Source of the DNA: Podarcis liolepis | Taxonomy: Eukaryota | Strand: one strand, 5' to 3' | NCBI GenBank assembly: GCA_965112155.1 | Contig: OZ218103.1 | DNA: 64,000 nt | Part shown: positions 1-13,395 of the stretch, one piece after another | Position numbering within the stretch: the stretch's first letter is position 1 | Layout of the letters: every line of letters starts with the position of its first letter | Translations under genes and position numbers: made by a program | Notes under the pieces: generated by a model | What the model saw: only the letters and a program-made list of their open reading frames with translations | Told to the model about the DNA's origin: nothing | Database searches by the model: none

Positions 1-3000
1 CAGCCAATTTGCTGCGTGCACATTTAGCTGCAGAGATGGCTAGAGGAGCATTTCATGTCAGCAGGTCACAAGGTCTTTGGCTTGATGGGATCTGCTTTCA
101 CAGTTCATTCAATAACCATCTGGTCTGCCTAGCGCTTGGGATTTTTGCTCTCTAAGATGCTCTGGACTGCTCCATAGATATCAGAGACTGTTTCTTTCCA
201 AAGATCATAAGCTATGGCATCACCATGGGGAGCAAGAAAACTTTCCCAGTGTTTTAGAAATCTGTTGGCTCTTTATGAACTTCCCTGGGCATGAAGTGGT
301 AGAATGAACTGTTCCACTTCAGGTTACAAAGAATGTGTGTATGTCACATTTTTAATGCTCCCCGATATAAAACATTCCCTACAAATAGGGAACAAAGCAT
401 AACAATAAGAGAGGGCTAACTTAGGATCTTTCTCTCTGATACGCTAGTATTTTTATCTATAAAGGCACCACATATATTCGAGCAGAATATTTGTGGTGAA
501 TATTGACATTGGAGAGCATTTAAAAAATGGCATCCCTCCGCCTGCAGCCTGATGGTCCATCTGCTACTTAAGGATTCTATTGCTTCTTTCATCTGCCTGC
601 AAAAACCAGGCAGCTTCTGTTTCTTAAGGCTACCCAGTACGCACACTTCTTTTTCAACTTAGTAATATGGTTGTAGGTGCTGACTGTACCCTAAGCTATG
701 AAGGATACTGCTTGAAGTGGTTTCAGTTTTCACCAAGGATTATAGCACCTTTAGCTTTCCTTTCTTGCAGAAGAGGCAACAGTGCACATTCAACTGAAGT
801 TTCCTATTTGCACAATGGACTCCTTTCCTCCCTGTTTCACTATCTCTTGCTGAGTAGGTTGGGTGGCAAACTGCATTTGGGATAGTTGTCCTTTTCTGCA
901 GTTTTTTTCTGGTAGTTTGATGTGTGGATATGCTGTTTTTGATGTGATGAGGGAATCTGTTCCATAAAGTAACACATGGTGTAAAATTGCACTGTCAGAG
1001 TGCCTTTGGGACATCTTCAGAATCTGGATTTTAAACCCAAAGAATTTAAGAGGTGTCTCTGTGACGTAGCGCTGTCCATATATCTGTGGCTCACAGTAGC
1101 TGCTGCTATCCCAGTCCCAGTCACCATGTCTCCCAAGTGGCTGATCGTGCAGCTGTAGCATCATAAGAAAACATGGTGGCTGGAGCTGGCCTAGTGGCAG
1201 CCACTGCAGGCTTTTGGAGAAAGGTGGGAGAGAGCAATGGGTGGTGAAGGCGGGCAAGAACCAGGGAGCCAGTTGGAGATGCTTTAGAGGCCTGATGCAG
1301 CTCATCAGCTGCCTATTGAGAAATGTCTATAGAGGAAGTTGTGGTATTGAAAGTAAACTAAGGGTTCCATGGAAAAAAATGTAGAAAGAAATCTTGATGA
1401 GAAAGCAAGGCCAGGCATGCGCAAAGTATATTCCAGAACGTTGTGTGTTTAGCCCTGTCCAAGATTCAGAAGGGGTCATGTGCAAATTCCACATAAGTTG
1501 TCCAGGTCTGTATTTTTCCCCTCTCCAGGGATTTTGATACAGAAGAAATGCAAAACTGCTCTTGAATCGCTCTGGGATTGATCCAGAGTAAATTAGTTGC
1601 CCTTGGGTCCCAGTAAAATCAACACGACTTGTTAGTCATGGCTTAAAACTTTGTTCCCATTGAAGCGAATGGGATCTAACTGCAATATACTCCGTTTGGA
1701 TCCAGCTTTCTTGAGTTTAGAATGCAGTTTGGGCTTTAGGCACAAAATCTGCTGATTGGGCAAATTGGGGGGGGGGGAGACACGTGCATGCAGAATGCCA
1801 CAATTTCTCCCTTAAATAGTTTTTGTGTCAGATCTTTGCATAGCTTTTAAACTTAAGGAATTTAGCAGTTTGCAGTGTTGGAGCGGGGGCACTTCCTCAG
1901 GGAGAAACTGGGGTAAAGTGGGTGTTTGGGGTGGGGGCTTTCTGTTCACAGCTATGCAAGCATTCAGGTCCCCTGTCGCTATCTGAAGAACTGCAGTGGT
2001 AGTTATGTAACATCACTGCTGTCCGGCATGCTCAGCTTTCTGTTCTGTGTTGGTGGTTGTTTTCTTTTAAGTGACCCAAACTGAGCCTGTGAAGTGTCAG
2101 GGGAAAGTTCAGGAAAAGGATGTTTGCTCTTTTGAGCAAAGCGCTTCAGCTCCTCTGTTCTCTTTCCATTTGCCAGGGTTGCTTCTTCTACAACTAAAGC
2201 AGTTTGGAAACTGCCATGAACTGGCATTGCTACAAGTGGAAAGAGCCAATAAAAATGAGATACCATTTTAAGCAAAAGAGGAAGGCAGCTTCCTTGCTGC
2301 TGACCCCAAAAGCACCTGAACCTCTGAAGTGTTGGGTCTTAATAATAATAATAAGACCTTGCATCATGGAGTTTCTGTGGGCATCACTGACTGGTGAATG
2401 TTAGCCTAGAGTGCAGTTTGCTCTCCACAGGGCTAGTGCACCAAGTCCACTTTGATGTGTCTAATTGACTGTATTCTGTGCTTAGATGACAAATCATTGG
2501 TGGGTTTGGATGTTGTATAGCTCTGCTTTCTACTTAAACCTGTAAATTCATTCCTTAGGAGAGTAGAGAGGAAGAGTGGTCAACATATACCACAAGCAAT
2601 AGCAGAAGGCATACTTGCCTGCAGTTCCAACTAAAGGACGGAAGAGGGCAGAGAGCAATTGGCCACATTTTCATGTCACACTCACTACAGTTCTGTATGA
2701 CATGTGTGGGACAGAGTGAGCCTCATGTTTGGCCATTCTCCTGTCCTGCCAAGTGGCCAGGGGGAGTTCAGAAATGTTTGCCTCCACTCTTACTTAACTC
2801 CTGTTTGTTGTGTCACCCAGACAAGCAAACTGAGGTTTATACTAACTTCAGCTACTTTCAAACAAGCCAGCTACAAACCATGGTGGCTGAAGCTGGCTTG
2901 TTTAAACTAACCATAGTTCTGGGTCTGGACAACATGGCATTCTGTGGTTAATCAAGAGCAGAAGTTATGAAAGGAGTAGTGTACAAGCTGCAGTTCTTCG

Positions 3001-3255
3001 CTAATACATCAAGCCACTGTCTGATCTCTGTCTTGCAGCAGGATTCAATATCTTCCTATCTTTATGAATGCTAGCAGATTCCACATTATCTCCACAGGAC
3101 TATCCCAACAAAGCAGGTCCCTTGCATCCCTAATCATTGGCTGTTGTAACCTTTTGTTGATATGTCTTGTGAATTTTGAACCACTGTTGTTTTGTAGTGT
3201 GAAGTTGGTTAAAAAGGCCCATTGTGTTTTAACACTCTATTGTGTTTTCATTCAG

Positions 3256-3415
3256 GACTGGGAGTTTTTAGTCCTTGAGAAGCTAAAGTGGGACCTAGTC
3301 TCAGTGATAGCCAATGACTTCTTGGATCATATTCTCCAGCGGCTCTCACTTCCCCAGCAGAAGGTGGACTTGGTGAAGAAGCATGCACAGACGTTCATTG
3401 CATTGTGTGCTACAG
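3256..3415 (+). CDS. CCND3: G1/S-specific cyclin D3, internal coding exon (exon 3); exons 1-2 lie upstream of the window
   Basis: ttcag|GACTGG...GCTACAG|gtatg, 160 nt; translates DWEFLVLEKLKWDLVSVIANDFLDHILQRL...VKKHAQTFIALCAT, a D-type cyclin box; synteny with BYSL/MED20 indicates D3. Confidence 0.95.
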
Positions 3416-4225
3416 GTATGTCCTGCAACAGGTGAACTTCCTTGGAATGGTGGAGCATAGTTACATTACAGGCTAAAATGAAACAGAACTTGATTTTTAT
3501 CCCTAGCTATACTAAACAAATTATCAGTGGCATCTTTGGATCTTATTTTTCAGAGACACCCAGCTTTTTCCCCATTGATACTAGAACCCTTGACCTCTTT
3601 GGTTTCTCATGACTGAAAGGCAAGGATGATGAATATTAGGCAAACTATTGTTTATAAGGTTTCCTTGTTGAAATTTGTCACAAAAAGCCACATTGCATAT
3701 TAAAGACACATCCACCCCAGCACTCTGCTCTCAGAAGCATCTAGCATTTGGCTACTAAAGTAATTGGCTCTCCCTTGATAGTCTTTTGGGCTGGGACAGT
3801 TTGTACAACAACATTGCAGAGTGCTGTCTTTGTTTGATTTAAATGAGAATGAAATGTGTAAGCCCACCAAATAGAATGGTTAAATCCATTTGTCCATCTG
3901 AAGTTAACACCTCAACACGGTGGGGGTGGGAGCTCCTCTCAACTCACTTTCTTCCTTCACATGAGAAATGCCTGAAGAGGACTTCAGTGTTCCTCCTGTC
4001 CATTGGCCAGGCCACTCCTGGAAAACCTGCTCATAATATTCTATTGGCAAACTATTTCTGTAAGCTAATGGATTGCGTGTTTTTTTAAGATACTGTAGCT
4101 GGATGGTGGGAAGTCCTAGGACCTCTTGGGGACAATAGGAAAGGCCTATTGGAAGCTGTAGTGAGCAAAGAATTCGTGTCATCCTTTCTCCTGACACCCT
4201 CTCTTCTTTCTCCTTGAATTTGTAG

Positions 4226-4368
4226 ATTACACATTTGCTATGTATCCCCCATCCATGATTGCTACTGGAAGCATTGGAGCGGCAGTCCATGGCCTCTCTA
4301 CCTCATCCGATGATTTTTCTGGCGAGGAGCTTACGGAACTGCTTGCTAGCATTACTGGCACAGAGGTG
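4226..4368 (+). CDS. CCND3: Cyclin D3 exon 4
   Basis: tgtag|ATTACACA...GAGGTG|gtgagt, 143 nt, phase 1 in, phase 0 out; (D)YTFAMYPPSMIATGSIGAAV...ELLASITGTEV. Confidence 0.95.
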
Positions 4369-5317
4369 GTGAGTATGTGCTCAGTGGGGAACAGGGCTCT
4401 GGTTCTGGGGAGTTGGGATCTGGCTTGCGTTTTGCTGTTTGACTCAAGGCAAGCTTACTCTGGCTTCATCTGCCCAAGCCCAGAGATCTTGCTTTTACTT
4501 ATGGAGTGGCATTTGGCATCTCTCTGCAGAAACTATTGCATGGACTTAATGTGCCTCATCTTCTGCCTGCCGACCTCTTTGTTTTAGAGGCACACGACAG
4601 CTAGGCAGTATTATGATGATGATTATTTCAATCCAACCTTTATGTTAATTAGATGTCCAAGGCAGCTAATAAGGCAGCAATAAAGCATATCACCACAATG
4701 AATACATTGTAAAAGTAGTAGCATTAAGTCCAGGAAGTGTCTGAGCTGCAGCCACCTCTTTTTTTAAGTGAGGAGGAGACGTATGTTTGGAGAGAACCTC
4801 TGCTCCATTCATCTTGGTGGAGTAGCTGCTCTTTTGGGAAGAAAGGCTTCAGGACCGAAAGTTGCTGTCTTATTTTATAACCGAAGTGCACACCTGTGAG
4901 GCAGGAAGGGCCCATTATATCAGCGAGAAATAAACGGGGAATAGGACAGACATACTGTACGCAAGATCAAGCAAGAGGGTCTGTGTCAAGGTAAGGCAAT
5001 TTGGGGGCATATTTCCTTAACATAGTCAATGCCAGTGACTTAGTGTAATCCTCTGCAGAAGTTGGCCCTTCTGAGTTCATTGGCCTTGCTCTGCAGTAAG
5101 TGTGTCTTTGAACTGTATCTTTAACCAGCCCCCAGGGCCCCTTGCCATATAAAAATCATTCATTTCATCTGAGAAGGGTGTTTTATTAGCAAAATTTATA
5201 ATCCATTTGATTGTAAGTAGAACCCCCTGGCGGTTTACCAAAAACAAAAACGTGGAAATTGTTTAAATACAATGTTAAAACAGGTATTTAAGTATTTCGA
5301 ACCATAATTAAAGTTAA

Positions 5318-5443
5318 GTAAAGGTAAAGGTCCCCCTGCCCGTACGGGCCAGTCGTGTCCGACTCTGGGGTTGCGTGCTCATCTCGCTCTAGAGGCCGTG
5401 AGCCGGCGCTGTCCGAAGACACTTCCAGGTCACGTGGCAGATG
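5318..5443 (-). mobile_element. Sauria SINE, 3' fragment
   Basis: Reverse (ACCTTT)n tail (aaggtaaagg) plus body matching the 3' end of the full copy at 45574. Confidence 0.8.
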
Positions 5444-8400
5444 CAGTCCTCCTTTCACACATTCACTCACTTAGTGCATGGAAGTGGGGGGGGGGGAGAG
5501 AGAGATGTCTGACAAGCCCCTATTGTACCATGTATTGTGACATTTCCAGCCTGGGCCCCCTTTGTTTCTCTTACCCTGTGGGTCTGCTGATAGCGCCATC
5601 ATATTGTGCAGAGAGGGTAGTGTCATAAGTATCCGCATTACACTACCATCCTTTGAAATGATCCTTTGGACATGGACAGTTCTTGTGGTTTAGTTTATCG
5701 TCCTGTTCATGCTGCCCAGAAATATTGTGCAAAGTGTCCTTCTGGAGTTCTGCAGCCTCTCCTTTCTGCGTTGGTCCCCTTTGGATGGATACAGCGTGAA
5801 AAGCTGCAGTGGAAGGAGAAATCTGGGCAGCCCAGATGTGCCATGAGGGCAGTTCCATAACCTGTGTTATCCCATTAGACAGAGTAGGGAAACTTTTTCA
5901 GCCAGAGGGCTGTGTTCCCTTTATGGACATCCTTTCAGGGACCATATAACAAGCTCTGGCCCTGGCCAGAGGCAAAATGGGTGGGGAACCAAATGTAAAT
6001 TTCACTTTTGTACTGCAGCTATATTCTACAAACGTTTGTAGCCCTCTTTATCCTCCATCCAGACAAGCAGGAGCCATTATTAGAGGATGCTCAGGATACA
6101 AAGCAGGGCCAGCTAGGGGCGTGGCCTGAGGAGGCTCCAAAGGACCTGGCTGAGAGGTCTGGAGGGCTGCATTTCTTCCCCACCCCACCCCTGCTGTAAG
6201 AGCAGCCATCCCAGCTTGTGACGTCAAGGACAATGGACCTTTTTTCAGCAGCTTGGAGACTAATTACTTAATTTGGCACGAGATTCTGCACGGAACAGCT
6301 TATTTCATCATGTCCGGGTATCCATTGAGAAGAGCCCATTCTTTCTTAAACTCCCGTCTGATGCGGAAGGGCTTGCATCCTCCAGAAACGGAAGACACCG
6401 TTGGCTTTCTTCGCCTACTCAATGCAAAGACTGCATGGTTGGCAGGCTTTCCTCTCTATCCTTCCCTCCCCTCCTGATTCCCAAGCTAGTGTTCGCTTCT
6501 TGGTCCAGAGCCAGCGCAGCAAGTGGCTGTGTCTCTTCCCTGGCCGGTGGGGGTTGACATGAATTTGGCTGTTTCTCTAAAGCCCAACCACGTTTCCCAA
6601 ATGTGCCGTGCCAGCTCCTGGCCCGCTGCTGAATGGGTGATGGCTACATGATGCAGGTGGCTCTCCCACCGATGGCTCGCATGAGGTCCCAGATCAGTTG
6701 CTCCTCTTTGTCCCGGGTACACAGGAGGCCTTTGAAAAACACCTCAACGGACAGGTGTTAGGGATTGGGCTGGCCGATGGGGAAGGGAGAGAACCAGCTT
6801 AGCATCTGTTCATGTGGCGCGGTGTCAGATTCCTGTCAGGGGCAAGCATGGAGTCCAAAGAAGTTCATTTCAAGCAGAATTCCAGGCCCCCCCCCCCCGG
6901 GTGCCAGAGGGGCATCAGAGAGGAGGGGGAAGCTAGGCTTTTCATGTCTCCCGCTACCTGCCGAAAGCTGAAAGGCGGAGCGAAGGCTCTGGGATTGGAC
7001 CTCTCCCACAGATCCAGCCATCGCTGCTTAACAGTCGTGGAGCAGAAACCTATCTATTGCTGGGTTTTCTTTGGCCTCTTGCCCTAGTCTCTGAATTGCC
7101 CGCAGCCAGCTGCTTGCAAGCTGCTGCTGTGCAGGAGGCGGAGTTTGAATGCTGGTCCTGTGAGCACAGTTGATCGAAGACAGCAGAGAACAGGTGGGAG
7201 GTGGGGAGAGGATTACAAAAGTGACCCATAAAGAGCAGATTAGAAGCACTAAAAGTAGCCAAGGCTTGGTGCCACAAAGAAGCTCGGGCCTAGCCTACGT
7301 TGCAACGCTGAGCTTATCTTGCTGGCTGGGAGGGTCTTTCCCTTGCCCGATTCCTTTTGGCTGCTCTTCTGCTCTGTGTCGTTTTGAAGTTAATTAGAAG
7401 ACAAGCTTGGGGTGAAGATGTCTCTTTGTGGTGTCCCCTGCCATCTCATCTGCCACGCCTAACAGGCTTTTGCTGAAGGTTCAGTGGGTAGGGGCTTCAA
7501 ACCGTGGCTCTGTTCTCACTTGTTTGGTTAATATCAGTCAAAGGGTTCATGGTTTGGGTTTTTTGGTTACCTCTTGAGCTGTTGGTTACTGTGCAGGTTC
7601 CAGTGACCCAGATAGTACCTATTTTTTTCTCTGCCAGTTCATCTTCTGTAGTAAACATGAATCCTCAAGGCTAGATAACATCTTCAGTCGTAATCAACCT
7701 TTGATTTCTGCTGCATTCCAGTTTTGCTTGATTTTTACTTGGAGTCAGGAGAACATGCTCTGTATCTACTTCAGAACATGAGTTTAGGCTGCTAGTCTGG
7801 GACTTTGTACATACTGTGATATGCTGTCTGTAGTTATTCAATCTTCCTGTTTTGGGTATCTGTCTGTTGCAAGCCACATCACCTGGCACAACTTTTAAAA
7901 TCCTGAGACTTGAGTTTTTGTTCTCATGTTTCTAGTCCTCACTGTCAAAGAAAGTTAAGTGTGAGACTGAGGGTAGTGGAGACCGGCTCACAAAAGAAAA
8001 GGATGTAGAATAGTATTTGTGTGATCTGAACTTACCTTATACCTCCTATATCTTCTCCACAACTATATTCTTTCCTTTCCTATCAATATGTCAGTTTCAT
8101 CCATTTAATTAATTGCTTGTCAGGGTTAGCTGAGGATAAACACATTTAGATACGAATTGCTTTGTCATTGGTGTTACATCACATTAGCCAGCGTGTTACT
8201 GCCCACCCTCCATCCCTGAGTTGCCCCATGGCTTGTGCTGGCATCTCTCTTGCCTGCAACTCACTGGACACTTCCAGAAGCTCAGAAACAGGCTTTGAAG
8301 GGTCAGTTGGAATCTTTATGGCTGGCAATAAGCCATGCTGTTCCTTTAGACATACAGCACTGGTTCACCATAGCCACATTGCAAGGTCACAAGTTCTTTA

Positions 8401-8696
8401 GAAGGGTGCCTTCCATTGGTTCATCAGTGCTAACCCAATGGCCCTCCCGATGTTTCTGGCCTTCAACTCTTTCACATGGCCAGTTGTTAGGGATTGTATT
8501 TCAGCATTATCTGGAGCGCCAAAGATATTAGCTGCCTTGTTCTCCACTGAGCAGTAGCACCTCTCCAGGGTACAAGACCGCCCTGAAGAAACTGGAAATT
8601 CAACTTGGGGTTTTCTTCATGCAACACATGCGTTCTAACACTCTTAATAGTCCCTCGGTTTCTGAACAGTGCTGGAATCCCCTCTGCAAAACAGAC

Positions 8697-8819
8697 TTGC
8701 AAGATTCAATTCACAAAAAAGCAGCTTTTGGTTCCCATGCATAAGATTCAATGGCAAGATTCAATTCACAATTGCAAGATTCAATTCACAAAAAAGCAGC
8801 TTTTGGTTCCCATGCATAA
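8697..8819. repeat. Complex local tandem duplication
   Basis: Identical 48-bp units at 8697-8744 and 8772-8819 separated by partial copies of aagattcaat(tcacaa). Confidence 0.9.
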
Positions 8820-9479
8820 ACCCATACACGTGCTTCTGAATTCCTTTAATCAATCCTCCTCCTTTCACAGCGTTGCTTCCCGTTCCTTCCCTTGCACCCA
8901 CAAACTGGCCAATAAATTTAGAATGGCCTTTGCAGAGCCCTGGCTTCTGTTGGGTGGAGGTTTTAGAGGCCACAGTTACTGGAACTGTCTTGGGGAAGGA
9001 GTGTTGGGTGTTGCTATTTTTACTTGCCACATCCTCTGTCAATTTCTAAGAACTAAACGTGGATTCTTTGTAAGATTATGTATGTGGCAGGATCCTGCAA
9101 ATGGACCCAGCCTCGGGGAGCCGGCTGGGGATCCAATGAGAACCCCGGCGCTCTGCAGTGCAAAATGTCAGTTTTCTTGTGAGCTGGGGCAAGAGTGCGA
9201 ACCCTGGCCTTTAGAGGAGGAGGTGCAGCAGCGATGGGGTTCATTGGGGCTCACCACCATGACTCATTGCAAAACGAGAGGGGTTTCCTCATCTCAAAGC
9301 GTTGCTGTATGCGGCTCCTCCCGAGCGTAAGGTCAAGATTTCCCCTTGCATTAATGCAGTTGCCTTGGCAGTAGCATTTTCAGTCCCATGCAGGCTAGTG
9401 GGGTGGGCTTCAGTGTACTGCTGAACACTTTCTAGTGCTATGACGTAAAAGCAATTAGCCTTCAAAGAAAGTTCTAGAA

Positions 9480-9705
9480 CAGTGGTTCCCAATTAGCTAA
9501 GTAGTGCAGACCCCATTTTTCAAAAGCCATGCCATGGACTCCCTACCTTTGAAAATTTTGATATCACTGTGGTAGTTTTTGTTTATGTGCGGCGGTGCGG
9601 GACAGAACACGTCTTCTGACCTACATGAGAGCACTGCCCCCCAAAACGGGATATCCCGGACAATTGACAAGTACGTTCCACAGACCAACCAATTGAGAAC
9701 CACTG
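9480..9705. mobile_element. Non-autonomous hAT (Charlie-like) MITE
   Basis: TIRs cagtggttcccaatt / aattgagaaccactg; 8-bp TSD ttctagaa / ttctaaaa. Confidence 0.8.
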
Positions 9706-10199
9706 TTCTAAAAAGTTAATGGGCTTATATTCTAAGACAGGCTTATAGATTATAATGGAAGATTTGCACGGTTGAAGTGGGTGAATTGGGGGTGGGGCTG
9801 AACATACTCCATGTGTGGAGTAGCTAGGGTTGAAACCTTACATCTTTCAGGTACTTAATATAGCAATCAGTGGTTTGGGGAGGGGAATTTTTTGCAATGC
9901 CTTACTTGTCCGTGGAAGTGTTTCCATTTTCTAAATTCCTTAGTAACAAGGATGGGTGCCAGTTGCAAATAAGTAAGAGGCAAGCTTGGCACTTTTGAAG
10001 TTTTTAGCTTTGCATAATACATATAAGTAAAATAAACACACTAAATTAGATCACTCTCTAGGATAGAGTTGGGGAATTGGATCTGGCTGGTGCACAGGAT
10101 TTCCCAAGTGCCAGCAATCAGCTGATTAACACAGCTTTGCAAGCCCTGAGCAGAAAAAGCAATGATAAGGACTAGGGCAAATTCTGACTTCACATAAAA

Positions 10200-10890
10200 G
10201 TTTGTAAGGTGTAAAGTGTTGGTGACTGACCAGGAACGAGATTTTGGTGTGTTAGATAGGTTGAATAAAATGTTGACCCAGTGTACAGCAGCTCTAAAAA
10301 GGGCAAAATCTGTATTAGGGAGCACTAGAAAAAGGGACTAACAATCAAACTACCAAGATCATAAAAGTGTTACACAAATGCATGTTGTCACCGCACTTGG
10401 ACTACAGTGTTTAGTTCTGGTGGCCAAATCTCAAAAAGGGTATCATAGAGCTGGAGAATGTTCAGAAAAGGGCAACTTGCTAGTGAGGAAGAATTACAAC
10501 ATTTGAGGTCTTTTATGTTTAAGAACAAAGGCAAGTAAGGAGGAGCAGGGTAGAGGCGTATTAAATTTTGCAGAGAGTGGAGAAACGAAACAGAGAAGTC
10601 TCCCCCCTCCTTTCATAATACCAGAACTAGAGGTCATTCAATGAAGCTGAACACGGGAAGGTTCAGGGCAGACAAAGGAAAGTATTTCTTCACACATAAA
10701 CTGTGAAATTCGCCCCTACAGGATATAGAAATGGCTAGCAGCTTGGGTGACTTTCTACCGCCTCCCTTCTCAGAGGTGGCATGTCTCAGAGTACCAGCTA
10801 TGGTGTTGCTCTCCTGTCCTGCTTGCAGGTTTCCCAAAAGCACCATGTTGGCTACTGTGAGATCTAGATGAGCCTTTGGTCTGATCTAAC
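10200..10890 (+). mobile_element. CR1 LINE 3' fragment (decayed)
   Basis: Degenerate CR1 ORF2 C-terminal motifs (ERD-GV, PHLDY-V-FW-P, LENVQKRA) followed by a CR1-type 3'UTR. Confidence 0.75.
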
Positions 10891-11434
10891 GGGCATCGTA
10901 GTCTTGAGAACTGCAGACTGAGACTATTGCCATTGAATTTTTTAATGAGTATTTTCAAAAGGCTCCAAAACTCACAGAAGCCGCATTCAGACTCAATATT
11001 TGCTAGATGTGTGGCGGCACAACTCTAGGGTAATTGCTGGAATTCATATTTGAAACACTTAGGTTTTTTTAAGTAGAGGCAAAGTCTCTGTTGTCAGGTA
11101 CTGGTCACCTATATAGAATGCTTGAGCCTGGTCTCAGGCTTAGGATACAGAACAAGGATAAGGTATTTCTAACCCTACTTCATAAGACCTTCCTGTTCAT
11201 ACATATCTAAGAATAATAGAATAATCAGAACTCTACTAGGATGCTAGTTGCTCCGCAAACCCCTTTGCATGATATTGAAGAAGAAATTCACTGTGAATGT
11301 GCTCCTTCACTGGAGCAGAAAAGCCTATCGTCCAAACCAACCAAAGCATAGATGTTTGGAGGAGCTCTGTTATTGCTGCAGTGAAAATTTAAGTGGAAAT
11401 GAAGAGCACCCCCTTCTTCTCTCTTTTTCCCCAG

Positions 11435-11605
11435 GACTGCCTGAAAGCTTGTCAGGAGCAGATTGAGGCGGCCTTAGCAGAGAACCTGAAACAGACCTCA
11501 CAGCCTCGGCAAGAGTACAGCCCCTCCAAGGATGCCGTTTACCCTGACAGCCAGGATGTCAGCCTGACCAGCACACCTACGGATGTCACAGACATCAACC
11601 TGTGA
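11435..11605 (+). CDS. CCND3: Cyclin D3 last coding exon (exon 5)
   Basis: Polypyrimidine tract + ccag|GACTGC; DCLKACQEQIEAAL...TSTPTDVTDINL* with the conserved TPTDV phosphodegron. Confidence 0.95.
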   Translation, partial: DCLKACQEQIEAALAENLKQTSQPRQEYSPSKDAVYPDSQDVSLTSTPTDVTDINL

Positions 11606-13395
11606 CCAGCCCCTCCCTCCAATCACCCAGCTCCCAGCAAGTAGAACTTAACGCAGGAAAAGAAGCCTCCCGGAACATTCTGCCTGTGCCATGTGATCAC
11701 TGAAGAATAAGGGGAGTGGGAGGAAATGACCCCATGAGCATAACCTTTGTAATGAGACCGTGTGGGATTTGGGTCTTGGAGGAATGGCGTGGGAGGGACT
11801 CCAAAAGGGAAAAGGCCCCTTGCAGTTGGACTGTTTCTGCCTTGCTAGCCTGGTTTTTCCTAGGATCAGGGGACCTTCCTGTGGTGTTTTGAGCCACGCT
11901 TGAACTCGGGAAGGATAGGTGAGCTTAGCGTCAGTTCAAAAGTTCTTCAGTTTGGGTTTGCTTCGTTGGAGGACGCGCTGCTGATCACTGCTGTTTTGTC
12001 CCAATCTTTGCTGCATGCCTGTTGCATGTGTGTCAAGAGAGAAAACGCACTTTTGTTATATAGACCGCCTTCACCTTAACATGAAGAAGTTGAAACATGC
12101 ACCTGAGACAGCCTTGGCTGAAGCCGCTCTGCTCACCCAGCCATGTGTGGGCACCTGGTTGAGAGAGACCAGGCTATATTTAAAGTCCAGCACTGGAATC
12201 TCTTTACCAGTCCCAAGGACGTCTTAGTTCTCCTTTGATTATTAATAGTATCACAATCCATTAACCCTTCAGAGTCTTTTAGCCCGTTCAGGAGAAGTAA
12301 GTGGATTTTGGCTCGCTTTTTGTAGGTGCTTGTAAAGTGCTGCTTTCCATATAAAATATTGGGGGTTGGGGAGAATCCCCTCTTCACTAGAAACCCAAGG
12401 GGAAAATTTCTACTTGCTGCACCAGTTGCCTTCTCTTACTCCTGTGAGACCGGAGTTACTTTATTTATTGTGAGGATCAAACCTTACAAAGCCACCAAGC
12501 ACGATCAGAAGCTCAGTAGGGTATGTTGTCCTGATTCATCCCTTTTGCCATATAACAGAGTGCCTTAATGTCCTTCCTCGTCCTCCTTCATACCTCTCTG
12601 GGCTGCTTACTTTGATAGAGTCAAGGTCATTCCCGATCAGAGTACACCCAACAAGTGCTGCTATACTTGTATGTACAAATCCCTCCTGTCTTCACTGCCA
12701 AAAAAGAAACAAAAAAGGGCAGGAGAACTACATGCAAGGGATGGGTGATGGAGGAGAAGGAAGTCCAGCTATACAAATCTATTCTGAGCAAATAAAAAGG
12801 GGGTCAAGAGTGATCTCTTTCCCCTAAAGAGTTTACAATATAATGAGCTGCGACTGCACTGGACTAGAGAGTTGTATTGTTCTTGTGTGTTTTGTTCAGG
12901 AAAAAGGTGTGTATGTGTTTTTCCTAAATGCTGCTTTTATGAGAGACTTTAGAAACCTTTGGTGTGGGGGAACTGTAGCAATGGGAGCAAACTTTGTCTT
13001 TTGAATTCTAGTGGCATTTCATTATTCAACCCTCCAGCTGGAAAAAGAAACATGAACTGATGCTACCTAAAACACCACTGGAGACCCGTCACCTTGGCCA
13101 ACAGGAAAAAGCCTCTCTCTTACTATGTTTTTGCCTTTCCTTTTCCCTCATTGTGCTTACGCCGATTAGTCAAAATTAATGTGCTATCAGCATTTCTGAT
13201 AAGTAAGTCTATTGGAACAAGTTTGAAGACGAGAGGAATGTATTTTATAGATACATCCACCCAACTATATATTAGAGCTTTGAATAAAGTTTGTCAATAT
13301 GATAGTCACTGTCACTCAAAACCCTCCTGTTAAGGAAATTATACCTTACTGATATTTTACCATACTGCAATAAAGCATTTTTTAAAATTGGCACT
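11606..13395 (+). other. CCND3: CCND3 3'UTR (approximate end)
   Basis: Repeat-free stretch after the stop codon; AATAAA at 12791, 13283 and 13369, the last followed by a T/GT-rich downstream element; three TGCTGCT sites. Confidence 0.6.

Noticed and set aside
790-1305. 171-aa minus-strand ORF
   Set aside because: Within CCND3 intron 2, unrecognisable composition, no supporting exon structure
8605-9330. 241-aa ORF with an internal peptide repeat
   Set aside because: Non-ATG start, intronic, length inflated by an in-frame 75-bp duplication, no recognisable domain
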